DNA of 62,858 nt, counting the filler, from Chrysochromulina tobinii (Eukaryota): NCBI GenBank assembly GCA_001275005.1. It is 7 parts of 7 records of this genome, joined end to end, with 100 filler letters (N's around TTAATTAATTAA, not from the genome) between each part and the next. Parts side by side here need not be neighbours in the genome. Positions count along the whole stretch, not along the records: positions 1 to 10,035 come from JWZX01000711.1; 6 more parts are not named here. One strand, written 5' to 3'. A program made the position numbers and the translations under genes. Of this stretch, positions 1-8,525 are shown piece after piece. Position 1 is the stretch's first letter. Each line of letters starts with the position of its first letter. The notes under the pieces were generated by a model. That model was given only the letters and a program-made list of their open reading frames with translations. It had not been told where the DNA came from and did no database searches.

Positions 1-1119
1 GGCGGTGATGGTGGGGGCGGGACAGAGGCGGCGAAGGTGTGGGAGAAGGTTGGGGTGGCGCGAAGGCGAAGGCGGAGGGGGTGTGGGTGGTGGCGGGATG
101 ATGAAGGAGAGCTTGGCGGAGGAGGTGAGGGTGGCTGTGAGGTGAAGGTAGTGTTGGCGATGGAGTGGTGAAGGTAGTGTTGGCGATGGAGGCGGAGGCG
201 ATGGAGGATGTGGGGATGGCAAGGGTGGCGGTGAGAGTGGTGGAGGCGTGGGAGGAGGCGATGGTGTGGGCGGTGGCTGTGTGGTTTGTGTTGAGGGTCG
301 GTCAGAGGCAATCAGAGGTGATGTGTGGTTTGTGTTGCTGCGTGCCATCAGGGAGGCAAGATGAGGGGCTTTCGGAAAGGGCAGTTCAAATGGGCATTTT
401 TCACCATATGCCGCGCCTCGCGGCGCGGCTGCACCATCTGCTGGATCGACCGACGAGATGTGCGACATCGCGGACTCGATCGACAAGTGACCCACATCGG
501 ACGGAGTTGCTGCGCCTCGCAGCGCGGCTGGCTCGTCCGATGGGGCTGCACCATATGCCGCGCCTCGCGGCGCGGCCGCACCATCTGCTGGATCGACCGA
601 CGAGATGTGCGACATCGCGGACTCGATCGACAAGTGACCCCCATCGGACGGAGTTGCTGCGCCTCGCAGCGCGGCGGCTGGCTCGTCCGATGGGGCTGCA
701 CCATATGCCGCGCCTCGCGGCGCGGCTGCACCATCTGCTGGATCGACCGACGAGATGTGCGACATCGCGGACTCGATCGACAAGTGACCCACATCGGACG
801 GAGTTGCTGCGCCTCGCAGCGCGGCTGGCTCGTCCGATGGGGCTGCACCATATGCCGCGCCTCGCGGCGCGGCTGCACCATCTGCTGGATCGACCGGCGA
901 GATGTGCGACATCGCGGACTCGATCGACAAGTGACCCCCATCGGACGGAGTTGCTGCGCCTCGCAGCGCGGCTGGCTCGTCCGATGGGGCTGCACCATCA
1001 ATGGGGGCGTGTAAACTGCTCGAGCTACTGGCCAATTCTGCTCGTTCAGCAGCTCTTCGTGCATTGCGCCTGATTTTGCTCCCTGGGCCACGCCTCCTCT
1101 TGGATATTCCAGAGCTCAT
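1..1119 (-). CDS. Hypothetical protein with basic N-terminus, 4 x ~49-aa tandem repeats and Pro/Ser-rich region; 3'-partial
   Basis: Absent from the ORF track because it has no stop before the window edge. ATG at 1119 gives MSSGISKRRRGPGSKIRRNARR..., then four repeats like APSDEPAALRGAATPSD(G/V)GHLSIESAMSHIS(P/S)VDPADGAAAPRGAAYGA, then PPSP-rich sequence. The frame is open to position 1. Possible intron at ~277-404 (GTGAAA...CTGATTGCCTCTGAC...CACAG). Confidence 0.55.
   Translation of the reverse strand, partial: MSSGISKRRRGPGSKIRRNARRAAERAELASSSSSLHAPIDGAAPSDEPAALRGAATPSDGGHLSIESAMSHISPVDPADGAAAPRGAAYGAAPSDEPAALRGAATPSDVGHLSIESAMSHISSVDPADGAAAPRGAAYGAAPSDEPAAALRGAATPSDGGHLSIESAMSHISSVDPADGAAAPRGAAYGAAPSDEPAALRGAATPSDVGHLSIESAMSHISSVDPADGAAAPRGAAYGEKCPFELPFPKAPHLASLMARSNTNHTSPLIASDRPSTQTTQPPPTPSPPPTPPPLSPPPLPSPHPPSPPPPSPTLPSPLHRQHYLHLTATLTSSAKLSFIIPPPPTPPPPSPSRHPNLLPHLRRLCPAPTITA
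402..998. repeat. 147-bp tandem repeat, 4 copies (one 150 bp)
   Basis: Units starting CACCATATGCCGCG at 402, 549, 699 and 846, with a partial unit at 993. Copies are near-identical; the only indel is 3 nt. Confidence 0.95.
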
Positions 1120-1372
1120 GCTCAAACCAAGCGATGAAGCCGAAAAAGAGCCCACGGCGTCAACGGGCGGCAAATGCGCAACTCAAACTTACGGGTGCCA
1201 ACGCGGCGCGCGTGTACCCGGAATCCTTTTTATCGCAACTGTTCCGTGCTACAGGCATCCCTCCCCATCCCGTTTTTATTACGTCCGAAATCGGATTCAC
1301 AGGAAAGGGCTGTCTGCGGCGCGCAACCGCACGCACGCGTCGTGGTGCATTCATCTGTTTGCCCATTCTGCA

Positions 1373-1750
1373 ATGGGCGCCGGCGCTCCCGAAATCGAGA
1401 CACCCGAAAAGCCTGGCCTCGCCGGTGTTCGCCGAGCGTCGGCGGCGACCGCCGCGCAGCAAGAGCAGCTCCTGCGTTTCCTGGACCCCTCGCTGCAGTT
1501 TGCCCAGCACGCCATGCTAGAAGAGAGGGTCAGGGCGCCGCCCCCACAACTTCCTACAGGCACCTGCCGCAGCTGCAAGAAGGCATGCGGGGCGCCGCTG
1601 ATGCGGCCGCCAGGCTGCCTGGACGCGCGCCACCCAGCCGTATTCTGCGGCGAGTGCTTGCGTGCCGGCGCACTCAAGATTGGCCGAACGGAGGAGGATG
1701 CCGCCCTGCTCGGGCCGCTCTGGTGCTCCAAGTGCAACCGCGGAGAGTGA
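1373..1750 (+). CDS. Small Cys-rich zinc-finger-like protein (125 aa)
   Basis: ATG 1373 within ORF 1001..1750. C-terminal CRSC...C....H...FCGEC...WCSKC pattern resembles RING/PHD-like zinc fingers. Confidence 0.5.
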   Translation: MGAGAPEIETPEKPGLAGVRRASAATAAQQEQLLRFLDPSLQFAQHAMLEERVRAPPPQLPTGTCRSCKKACGAPLMRPPGCLDARHPAVFCGECLRAGALKIGRTEEDAALLGPLWCSKCNRGE

Positions 1751-2339
1751 TCCAGCAACTCCCTCTCCCCCACCCACTGGGTACCGCGCACGGCCACCAT
1801 GCCTTTCTGCACTCGCGCGGTTCCGCGCATGCGCGCCTCCAGCCAAACTCTATGAACAAAACGACTCGCTCGTTTGAGCGTCGTATATGGGTCCCATATG
1901 TCTATCTGTCTGTGTCCATAATATATGAAGGGCCGCCGCCATGCGTGCTACACTCTTTTCAATACTCAATCTACTCAATCTGCTCATTATATTTGAGTAT
2001 TTAGCGCTCGTGGTCGAGGCTCGTCGGTCCGACACTGCATCTTGCTCGCCCCTCGCCGGTCCCCGGTTCGTACGATCACAACATGGAGAAGAACCGGCCG
2101 TGACACGTGATGAACCGCGCCGTCCCGATCCGGTACGTTTGGTACGTGTACACTTCGGCGCGCGCTCAGCTGCAGAGCGCGCGCCCCGCGAGTGCGGAGC
2201 AGAGCCACTCCGCTTTACGGCTTTAGTAATATAGTAAAAACAAGACGTGACCTGACATGGTCCGTCCAAACCGGGCCACCCAACAGACACGATGCACCCG
2301 AGCCCGACCACAGAGCCCAAGACTAGAAAACCCAACACT

Positions 2340-3118
2340 CTACTCCTCCTCCTCACGGCACCGCTTGCGAGCGCCACGCTCGCAAGCGGCCGCCTCGGCC
2401 GCGGACCTGGCCGCAGCCGTCTGAGCGGAGAAGGCGACTGCGAAAGGCAGAAACAAGGAGGGGTACACATGGGCGCAGTCAAGCAAAGGTATGGGAAAGG
2501 ATGGCGTGCAATAACGCGCACCGTAGTTGCCCAAAAGGCCTAGTGACTCAAGGTGCGCCCAAAGAGGGGAGGCAGCGTCTGCTTGAAAAGGGACCATCTG
2601 CGGCATCAATGGCGGGTCGGGACGCGCTGGCCTGCCAATATACCGAGAATGACGCAAGTGTCAGTAACAGGTGAGAAGGGATGGGGCACTCACAGTAAGG
2701 TGGGCAATCAAGAGGCATGGGCGCACGTCGGCAGCCCGCGTACGAGCGGCAGGTACATCACTACGGCCCGGCGCAGAACCCTGCCATGCTCTCGAATGCC
2801 TTCGCCCGGGTCCACGCACACCGTCGCCACCGAGGTCAAGACCCTGATGGTCGACTCTGGTGTAGGCTCGTGCACCACCTGCAAAGACGTGAAAGGGGTG
2901 AGGCAGAGTGCGTTTGCGCGACAGGAGACAAGGAAAAGGGTACCGCGAGGCTGTGAGGTGATCACCGAGACCAAAATCTCGTCCGTGAGCACGACGACCG
3001 ACAAGACGTCGCCGGGACGGCTGCCGGGCGGGTTCCGAAGAGGTGCAAGATGTTGGAAGACGTCAGCCGAAATGACGAGAAAAGGCCCCGTGACGCTCTG
3101 CAGGCACTCGGCCGACAT
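2340..3118 (-). pseudogene. Degraded spliced gene of unknown function
   Basis: Three short GT..AG introns with pyrimidine tracts (2879-2943, 2632-2693, 2438-2521). Last exon reads ...AAACERGARKRCREEEE*. Exon phases do not fully join, and the most protein-like frame has a TGA at 2708-2710. Confidence 0.3.
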
Positions 3119-4009
3119 TCTCCCGCTCGCTCTCTCCGCAAAGGTTTTCACACCACGCGTGTTTGGTCTTTCTCCTTGCAGTCTGCTACTGTCGCTACTG
3201 GCGCCATCAATAGTCTTCGTCATCCAGGGTTGATTAGAGATGGTTGATCTTTCCTGTCGACGCACATATGCTCACCTTCCTCCTCCTGGCTGACAGTGCA
3301 GCAGCATTCAATACAGCTGCACGCACACAGTTTTCGATCACTACAGCTGGACGTGCACTGCCATCTCCGTCGATCGCGATGGCAGCGTCCGACGCGGACG
3401 GTGAGGGTGAGGCCTGAGGGTGTTTAGTCGTGTTGGCTACGACATGTCGTGCAAATTCATGCAAGTTTTCGGAACATGAGATCATCATCGAGCTGCAGAC
3501 TGTCGGTCGCCCAAGGTTCAAGTTATGATACCAATTTCGTCGGATTTCCTCGTCGCTGTAGGGTCGTTCGCCGCCACGGCCGCCAGCACGCGCGCCTCAT
3601 CCAAGCGCCGCTTGGACATCGCGCGCTCGAGCCAACGCGGTCTTTGGCGGCCACTCGCCCTCGATGACGTGCGTTGATAGCCATGCCGCTCGACGAGGAG
3701 TTTTGCAAGTGACGAAGACTTCCAGCTTGCCGCCATCCGTGCGAAGGGCAAAGAGCAACACGGATGACTCGTCGTTGCCAAAGCGACGCAGTGCTGCACG
3801 CTGCGCTTCCGACCACGGCGCGAGAATCAGCTGCCACGTCCTGCTGAAGGCGGACGACGCGCCACGAGGCTCTGCAGCGTCGCCCATTGCCCAGGCGACG
3901 TGAGACAGAGGTGTGATACAGAAGTGCGTCAGAAGTCCGTGGGGAAAACCGACGAAAAAAAGGACCCTCCGTCTTTATAGTAAGGATTTGGAAGCCCCCT
4001 TATTTTTCT

Positions 4010-5305
4010 ATGGACAGACTTGGGCGCGACAGACTGCTCAGCTATGATCCCGGCGGAGGGCACACGGACCAGCTTCGCGACCTCTCGCTCGCGCTTGCGA
4101 CGGCCGAACTGCTCAATCGCACGCTCATCCTGCCGCGCCTCGTGTGGCACCGCGACAGCAACGTGTACACCTCCGAGAAGCAGCGCCTTCAACTCATCCG
4201 CACGCGCCCGGCGCTCTCGGCGCTCGTACAGGCGCACACATCCGTGCCGCTGCTGGACAACGTCACCCTGCTGCTGCGCGCGCACACGCTGCCGCAGTGC
4301 GCCGACGACCGCGCCGCGGCTGACGGCTGCGTGCTGATGGTCGAGCCGCCCGATATCTACACGTCGGTGAGCAAAATGCTGCGCCGCCTCGCCACGCTGG
4401 GCCACGCGCGCTGGCTGCACTTCTCCTCCATGCTCGACGTGCTCTCCGCGCGCAAGCAGGGCCGCTACCCGCTCGCCACGTGGGAGAGTCGCATGGTGCC
4501 AGCGCCGTGCAGCCTGCGCTACCAGCCGAATGTGCTCGCGGCCGCGCGCGCGGCGCTCCGCCGCGTCTTGCCGCGGCCGCACGCGGACGCTGGCGCGCCG
4601 GGCAGCGGGCTGGGCCGCGGCCACTACCTCGCCGCGCACGTGCGCGCGCTGCGCCGCGACAAGTTCAAGTCAGAGTGTGCGGAGGAGTGGCTGCCGCGCC
4701 TCGTCAACTTTACTGCGGCGCACTTGGGTTCGCACTTGGGTCCCCAGCCAAGTGAGCCGCTGTCGCCGACGAGTCCGGTGGCGATGCCGCCGCCAGCCGC
4801 GACGCTCTACGTTGCGACGGACGATCTCGACAGGGTGCTGCCGCGCGCGGCCGCCGCGCTTGCGCCTTGGCGCGTCGCCGTCGTCTCCGCGCGCGATGCC
4901 GAGCGAGAGGGCGACAGCTTCGAGCAACGGCTGGGGCTTGATTCCGAAGGCGCGCTGATGGCGCTCGACGTGGCGGCGGTGCTCGGCGCACATGCCTTCT
5001 CGCCCGCGCCGCGCTCCGGCTTGTCCGTGCACTATACCGCCATGCGCCGCTGCAACGCGGGCGCGCTCTGCGATCCTGCATACGCCGCATGCGTGCCCTA
5101 TGCCTCGTCCGGGTGTGGCGGCGCTTTCCCGCGCACGATCCTCGACGACCCGCCGCGCTGCTCGCACAACAGGGCACGGGGCCGCTATGCGGGCGAGCCC
5201 CTCTGCATGGACGCGCAGGGCGTCGAGCGGCCGTACTTTTGCCCGCCAGGGTCGGTGCCGCCGCCCGGGCCGCGAACGTGCGCTGCCGCCGTGTCGCGTC
5301 GCTAG
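4010..5305 (+). CDS. O-fucosyltransferase-like glycosyltransferase (O-FucT/POFUT, GT-B fold)
   Basis: Motifs GGGHTDQL...ALATAELLNRTLILP, YLAAHVR and LYVATDD match the POFUT/O-FucT pattern. No N-terminal membrane anchor is visible. Confidence 0.7.
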   Translation: MDRLGRDRLLSYDPGGGHTDQLRDLSLALATAELLNRTLILPRLVWHRDSNVYTSEKQRLQLIRTRPALSALVQAHTSVPLLDNVTLLLRAHTLPQCADDRAAADGCVLMVEPPDIYTSVSKMLRRLATLGHARWLHFSSMLDVLSARKQGRYPLATWESRMVPAPCSLRYQPNVLAAARAALRRVLPRPHADAGAPGSGLGRGHYLAAHVRALRRDKFKSECAEEWLPRLVNFTAAHLGSHLGPQPSEPLSPTSPVAMPPPAATLYVATDDLDRVLPRAAAALAPWRVAVVSARDAEREGDSFEQRLGLDSEGALMALDVAAVLGAHAFSPAPRSGLSVHYTAMRRCNAGALCDPAYAACVPYASSGCGGAFPRTILDDPPRCSHNRARGRYAGEPLCMDAQGVERPYFCPPGSVPPPGPRTCAAAVSRR

Positions 5306-5491
5306 CTGACATTTACCAGTAGTCATATTTAGATCGTACCGCAACGCGCGCGCAACTTGTACTGCCGACGTACAACATTTCGAGATCACAGATCAGTCTC
5401 GCGCGCGGGCGTGGGCCGGCGCGCCTCTCCGTACCGGCAACCGGGCGTCCTCCAAGTCCAACGTCCAACGTCCATACCATCACACTCGCAC

Positions 5492-7292
5492 TCATTCACT
5501 CTCGCTGTGCCACCAAGCGACGTGCTGCATACGAGCGTCGGGATGCGCCTGTCCACCTTGCCCCGGCTCCGTAGTTGGCTCCGTCGTCGGATACTCCACC
5601 AAGAGCAGAGGTAGCCCGCCGGCCGTCAAGGCTGCTGATGGCGGCGGCTGAGTGGCGCCGCTGATGGCGCTGATGGCGGCGAGCGCCGCGCCGACGAGCT
5701 CGGCGGGTAGAGTTTGCTCTCTCCACGCGTCCGAATGGGCCTCGAAGGGAGAAGTACAACGGAGAACGAGCGCTGGCGTGGATGATGGTGGCGTGGGAAG
5801 TGACGTTGGCAGCGGCGTCGGCAGCGGCGTCGGCAGCGGCGGCGTGGTGAGCGGTCTCGGCAGCGGTGGGCAGAGGGAAGGCAACGGCGTGCTGTCCCAT
5901 GCGCCGAGATTACCACCGAGATTTTCACCGAGATTGGAAGGCAACGGCGTGCTGTCCGATGCGCCGAGATGCTCACCGAGATTCCCACCGAGATTGAGCG
6001 GCGCGAGGGAGTGCAACGGCATGTCCACCGCGCCCGGCGGCCGAATTCCCCACAGGTTCACTAGCAGCGTGCGCCGTGGCGCGGCCTCTGTGGGGACACT
6101 CGCAAGCGGCGCGGGCGGCGAGTGCAAGACGCAATGCAGCAGGTCGCCAGAGAAGAAGAAGACTGAGCCCGGCGTAGGAAAGGCAAGCGCCACAGCTGTG
6201 GGAAGCTTTGGCGAGGGCGGCTGGCCAACAGGGCACCTGATGAGGGAGGCCATCAGCGTGGCCATGAGTGGCCATCAGTCAGTGGTACCATCAGTGGTCA
6301 TCAGTGGTCATCAGTCAGTGGTACTATCAGTGGTCATCAGTGGTCATCAGTGGTCATCAGTGGTCATCAGTGGTCATCAGTGGTCATGAGCGGAACCTTT
6401 GCATAAAGACCGCCGTAGGGCCGCCTGTAGTTGAGAGGTAGGTAACGGTGGAGAGGAGCGGATGGAGAGGCACGGCCTCGCCGTCGCGGGCGGCATCTCC
6501 AGCGAGCTCGCCCGCATCTCCAGCGAGCTCGCCCGCATCTCCAGCGAGCTCGCCCGCATCTCCAGCGGCCAGCTCGCCGTCATCTCGGCGAGATCTCGGC
6601 GAGATGGCGAGCACCTTGTCGGTGTGATGCTCCTTGGGCGCGTCCTCCGGCCATTGTTCTTGCAGCCACCACTCGACACCCGTGACGGCGGCGCCATGCA
6701 TCGACGGGCGGGCCGATGCGGCGGCGCGCGCCACCGCCATCACCGCGGCTTCGATTACATGCCGCGGCGCATGCAAGGCGGTCGGCGATGCCGGCCACGA
6801 ACCTGCGGCCAGCGGCAGCCAGTGCGTGCTGCACAGCGCCGTTGGGTCATCGGGCGGTGCCAGCCCGGTATCGAGATAGTGCGATGCAGCGCGCTGGGTC
6901 TCGCTCAGCAGCGGCTCGACGAGCACCGCATGCGTGAGGGTTGCGAAAGGCTCCGCCGCCGCCGCCGTGCGAGCGGCGGGCTCGACAACGAGCGCGTCCG
7001 CCTCGCTCGGCGCGTTTGTGCTGGGCTGCGCGTCGGCGAGCACGGTCGCGGGGGTGAGCGACGCCCTGCGCGCTGCGTGTACGTGGATGGAGTCAGGCAC
7101 CGCCATCTGAAGCGGCGGCACCGGCACTGTCAGCTCTGGCTTCGTGCCAGTGCCTGTGAGCGCCGCCCCGCGCTTCACGCCCAGCTCAAGATGAAGAGCG
7201 TCCAGCTCCGCCTCAATAGACGGATCGACGGCCCGCGCAGGCGAAGCCTTGGCCGACCACGAAAAGCTCGCATCGATTGGTGGCAGCGACAT
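5492..7292 (-). CDS. 2OG-Fe(II) oxygenase-like protein, 2 exons
   Basis: Intron 6237-6396 (GTTCCG...CCCTCATCAG) joins ...AVFMQR|CPVGQP... in frame. Motifs GVEWW, HHTDK (HxD), HPLLSTVTYL..GGPT, FSGDLLHCV (distal His) and RRTLLVNLW. Alternative ATG at 7313. Confidence 0.7.
6251..6388. repeat. Intronic 10-mer tandem repeat (CATCAGTGGT / ACCACTGATG)
   Basis: Visible array filling most of intron 6237-6396. Confidence 0.9.
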
Positions 7293-7767
7293 GTGGGTCA
7301 GATGTGCATTCATGTGAATTGAGAAAGGGTCAGTTGAATCGACACACAAGGTACCGACCAGCCACTACCACACGAAACGTGAATGTGAATGCGAATTGCA
7401 TTCATTATGAATACACACAACACGCAACACACCAATACGCACAAACCAAACTCAAATGCGTGAAGGGCAACACCTCGAATTCATTCACAACACACCAACA
7501 CGTACAACGCAATCTCAAAAACGTGGATTCACACCAACACGTAACAGCAACGCAGGACTCTCGAAATGAGACACATGCGGGCGGTGAGTCGAGAAACAGC
7601 CAAAATAGGAGAGTGTGCGGCGAGACCCATGTGTATTCAAAAAGCCCTTCGTCGCTCACAGCGCAGCACACTATGTTTCTCGTTCACGTACTGTTCAGTA
7701 CTTTTATTTGCCGTCTTGAGCAACGCTCTCTCACTCTCTTTCTCCAGTCTGCCTGGAGGCCGCATTT

Positions 7768-7846
7768 GCTTGCCTTCCTTTCTCGGAGACGGCACCTGCC
7801 AAATTGAGTTTGTGCACTGAGTGCCGTCTCGTCATGACGTACAAGC
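7768..7846 (-). promoter_or_regulatory. SECIS element (type II-like) in the 3'UTR of the rhodanese selenoprotein
   Basis: Minus strand reads GCTTGT-acgtc-ATGAC-GAGACGGCAC-tcagTGCaCAAActcaaTTTGGCAg-GTGCCGTCTC-CGAG-aaaggaag-GCAAGC. It has helix I, an AUGA/GA non-Watson-Crick core, a perfect 10-bp helix II and an apical mini-stem. AATAAA lies downstream at 7703-7708. Confidence 0.75.
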
Positions 7847-7997
7847 TTGGCCATCATCTCTCAAATGCCGTGCTCATCGAGGCCGCGCGCCACGCTAGCG
7901 CTCGGCGTTTCTTGAGCTCAAAGTGCGAATCTCTCCTCTCAGACGCTCAGCGCCGTCCTCCCGCTTCCGCTTACGTCGCTGTCTTCTTATGTCAGGG

Positions 7998-8525
7998 TCA
8001 GGCGCTTGCCTTCTGCTTCGCCCGACCGGTGAGAGCCGTCCATTGCGCCGGCTGATTCGGGCCGCCGCCGTTGAGTACGTTGGTGTAGCCTAGGCCCCGA
8101 AGCAGCGCGTGGGCGGTCGCAGCGCGCCCACCCCCTGAACGTCAGTGGATGATGATCGGCGTCGTCAACTCTTTGGGGAGCTGGCTGGTTGGCATCGACA
8201 TCTTGCCACCGGTCGGGTCGGCGTTGAGGTCCCAATGCACGGCCCCTTGAGCGGCCGGCACCTCGGCGATCTCAGCCATGGAGCGAAGGTCGATCACCAG
8301 GGCGCCGCTTGACTTGGCCGTTGTGATCTCATCCGGAGAGGCGAGTGCGGCAAAGCGCACCGGCGTGCTGTGGAGCAGAGAGCGGTGGAGCAAAGTGCAG
8401 GACGTATGGTGTGCGAATGCTGCAGGCGACAGGACCTGCGGGGCAGCCACGGGCGACCTGGCAAGAACCGTCCGCACCGCTGCTCGCGACGCGCGCCGCA
8501 GCAGCGCCAGCCGAAGCGCCGACAT
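7998..8525 (-). CDS. Selenocysteine-containing single-domain rhodanese-fold protein (175 aa, Sec128) with Arg/Ala-rich mitochondrial-type presequence
   Basis: Translation: ALVIDLRS..E...GAVHW...LPKELTTPIIIH-[TGA 8142-8144]-RSGGGRAATAHALLRGLGYTNVLNGGGPNQPAQW...*. The TGA sits at the active-site Cys position, the rhodanese C-terminal motif GY.NV.N.GG continues in frame, and a SECIS-like element follows. Confidence 0.85.

Noticed and set aside
402..998. CRISPR array or hammerhead-ribozyme (retrozyme) tandem
   Set aside because: There are no unique spacers, no cas genes and no CTGATGA/GAAA core.
165..1091. Track ORFs 165..1073, 325..1014 and 348..1091
   Set aside because: Shadow frames of a stop-poor 147-bp repeat. 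The unlisted minus-strand frame from ATG 1119 has a more protein-like composition.
2708..2710. In-frame TGA as a second selenocysteine
   Set aside because: No redox motif around it, no SECIS-like core seen downstream, and exon phases are inconsistent. A nonsense mutation in a decayed gene is more likely.
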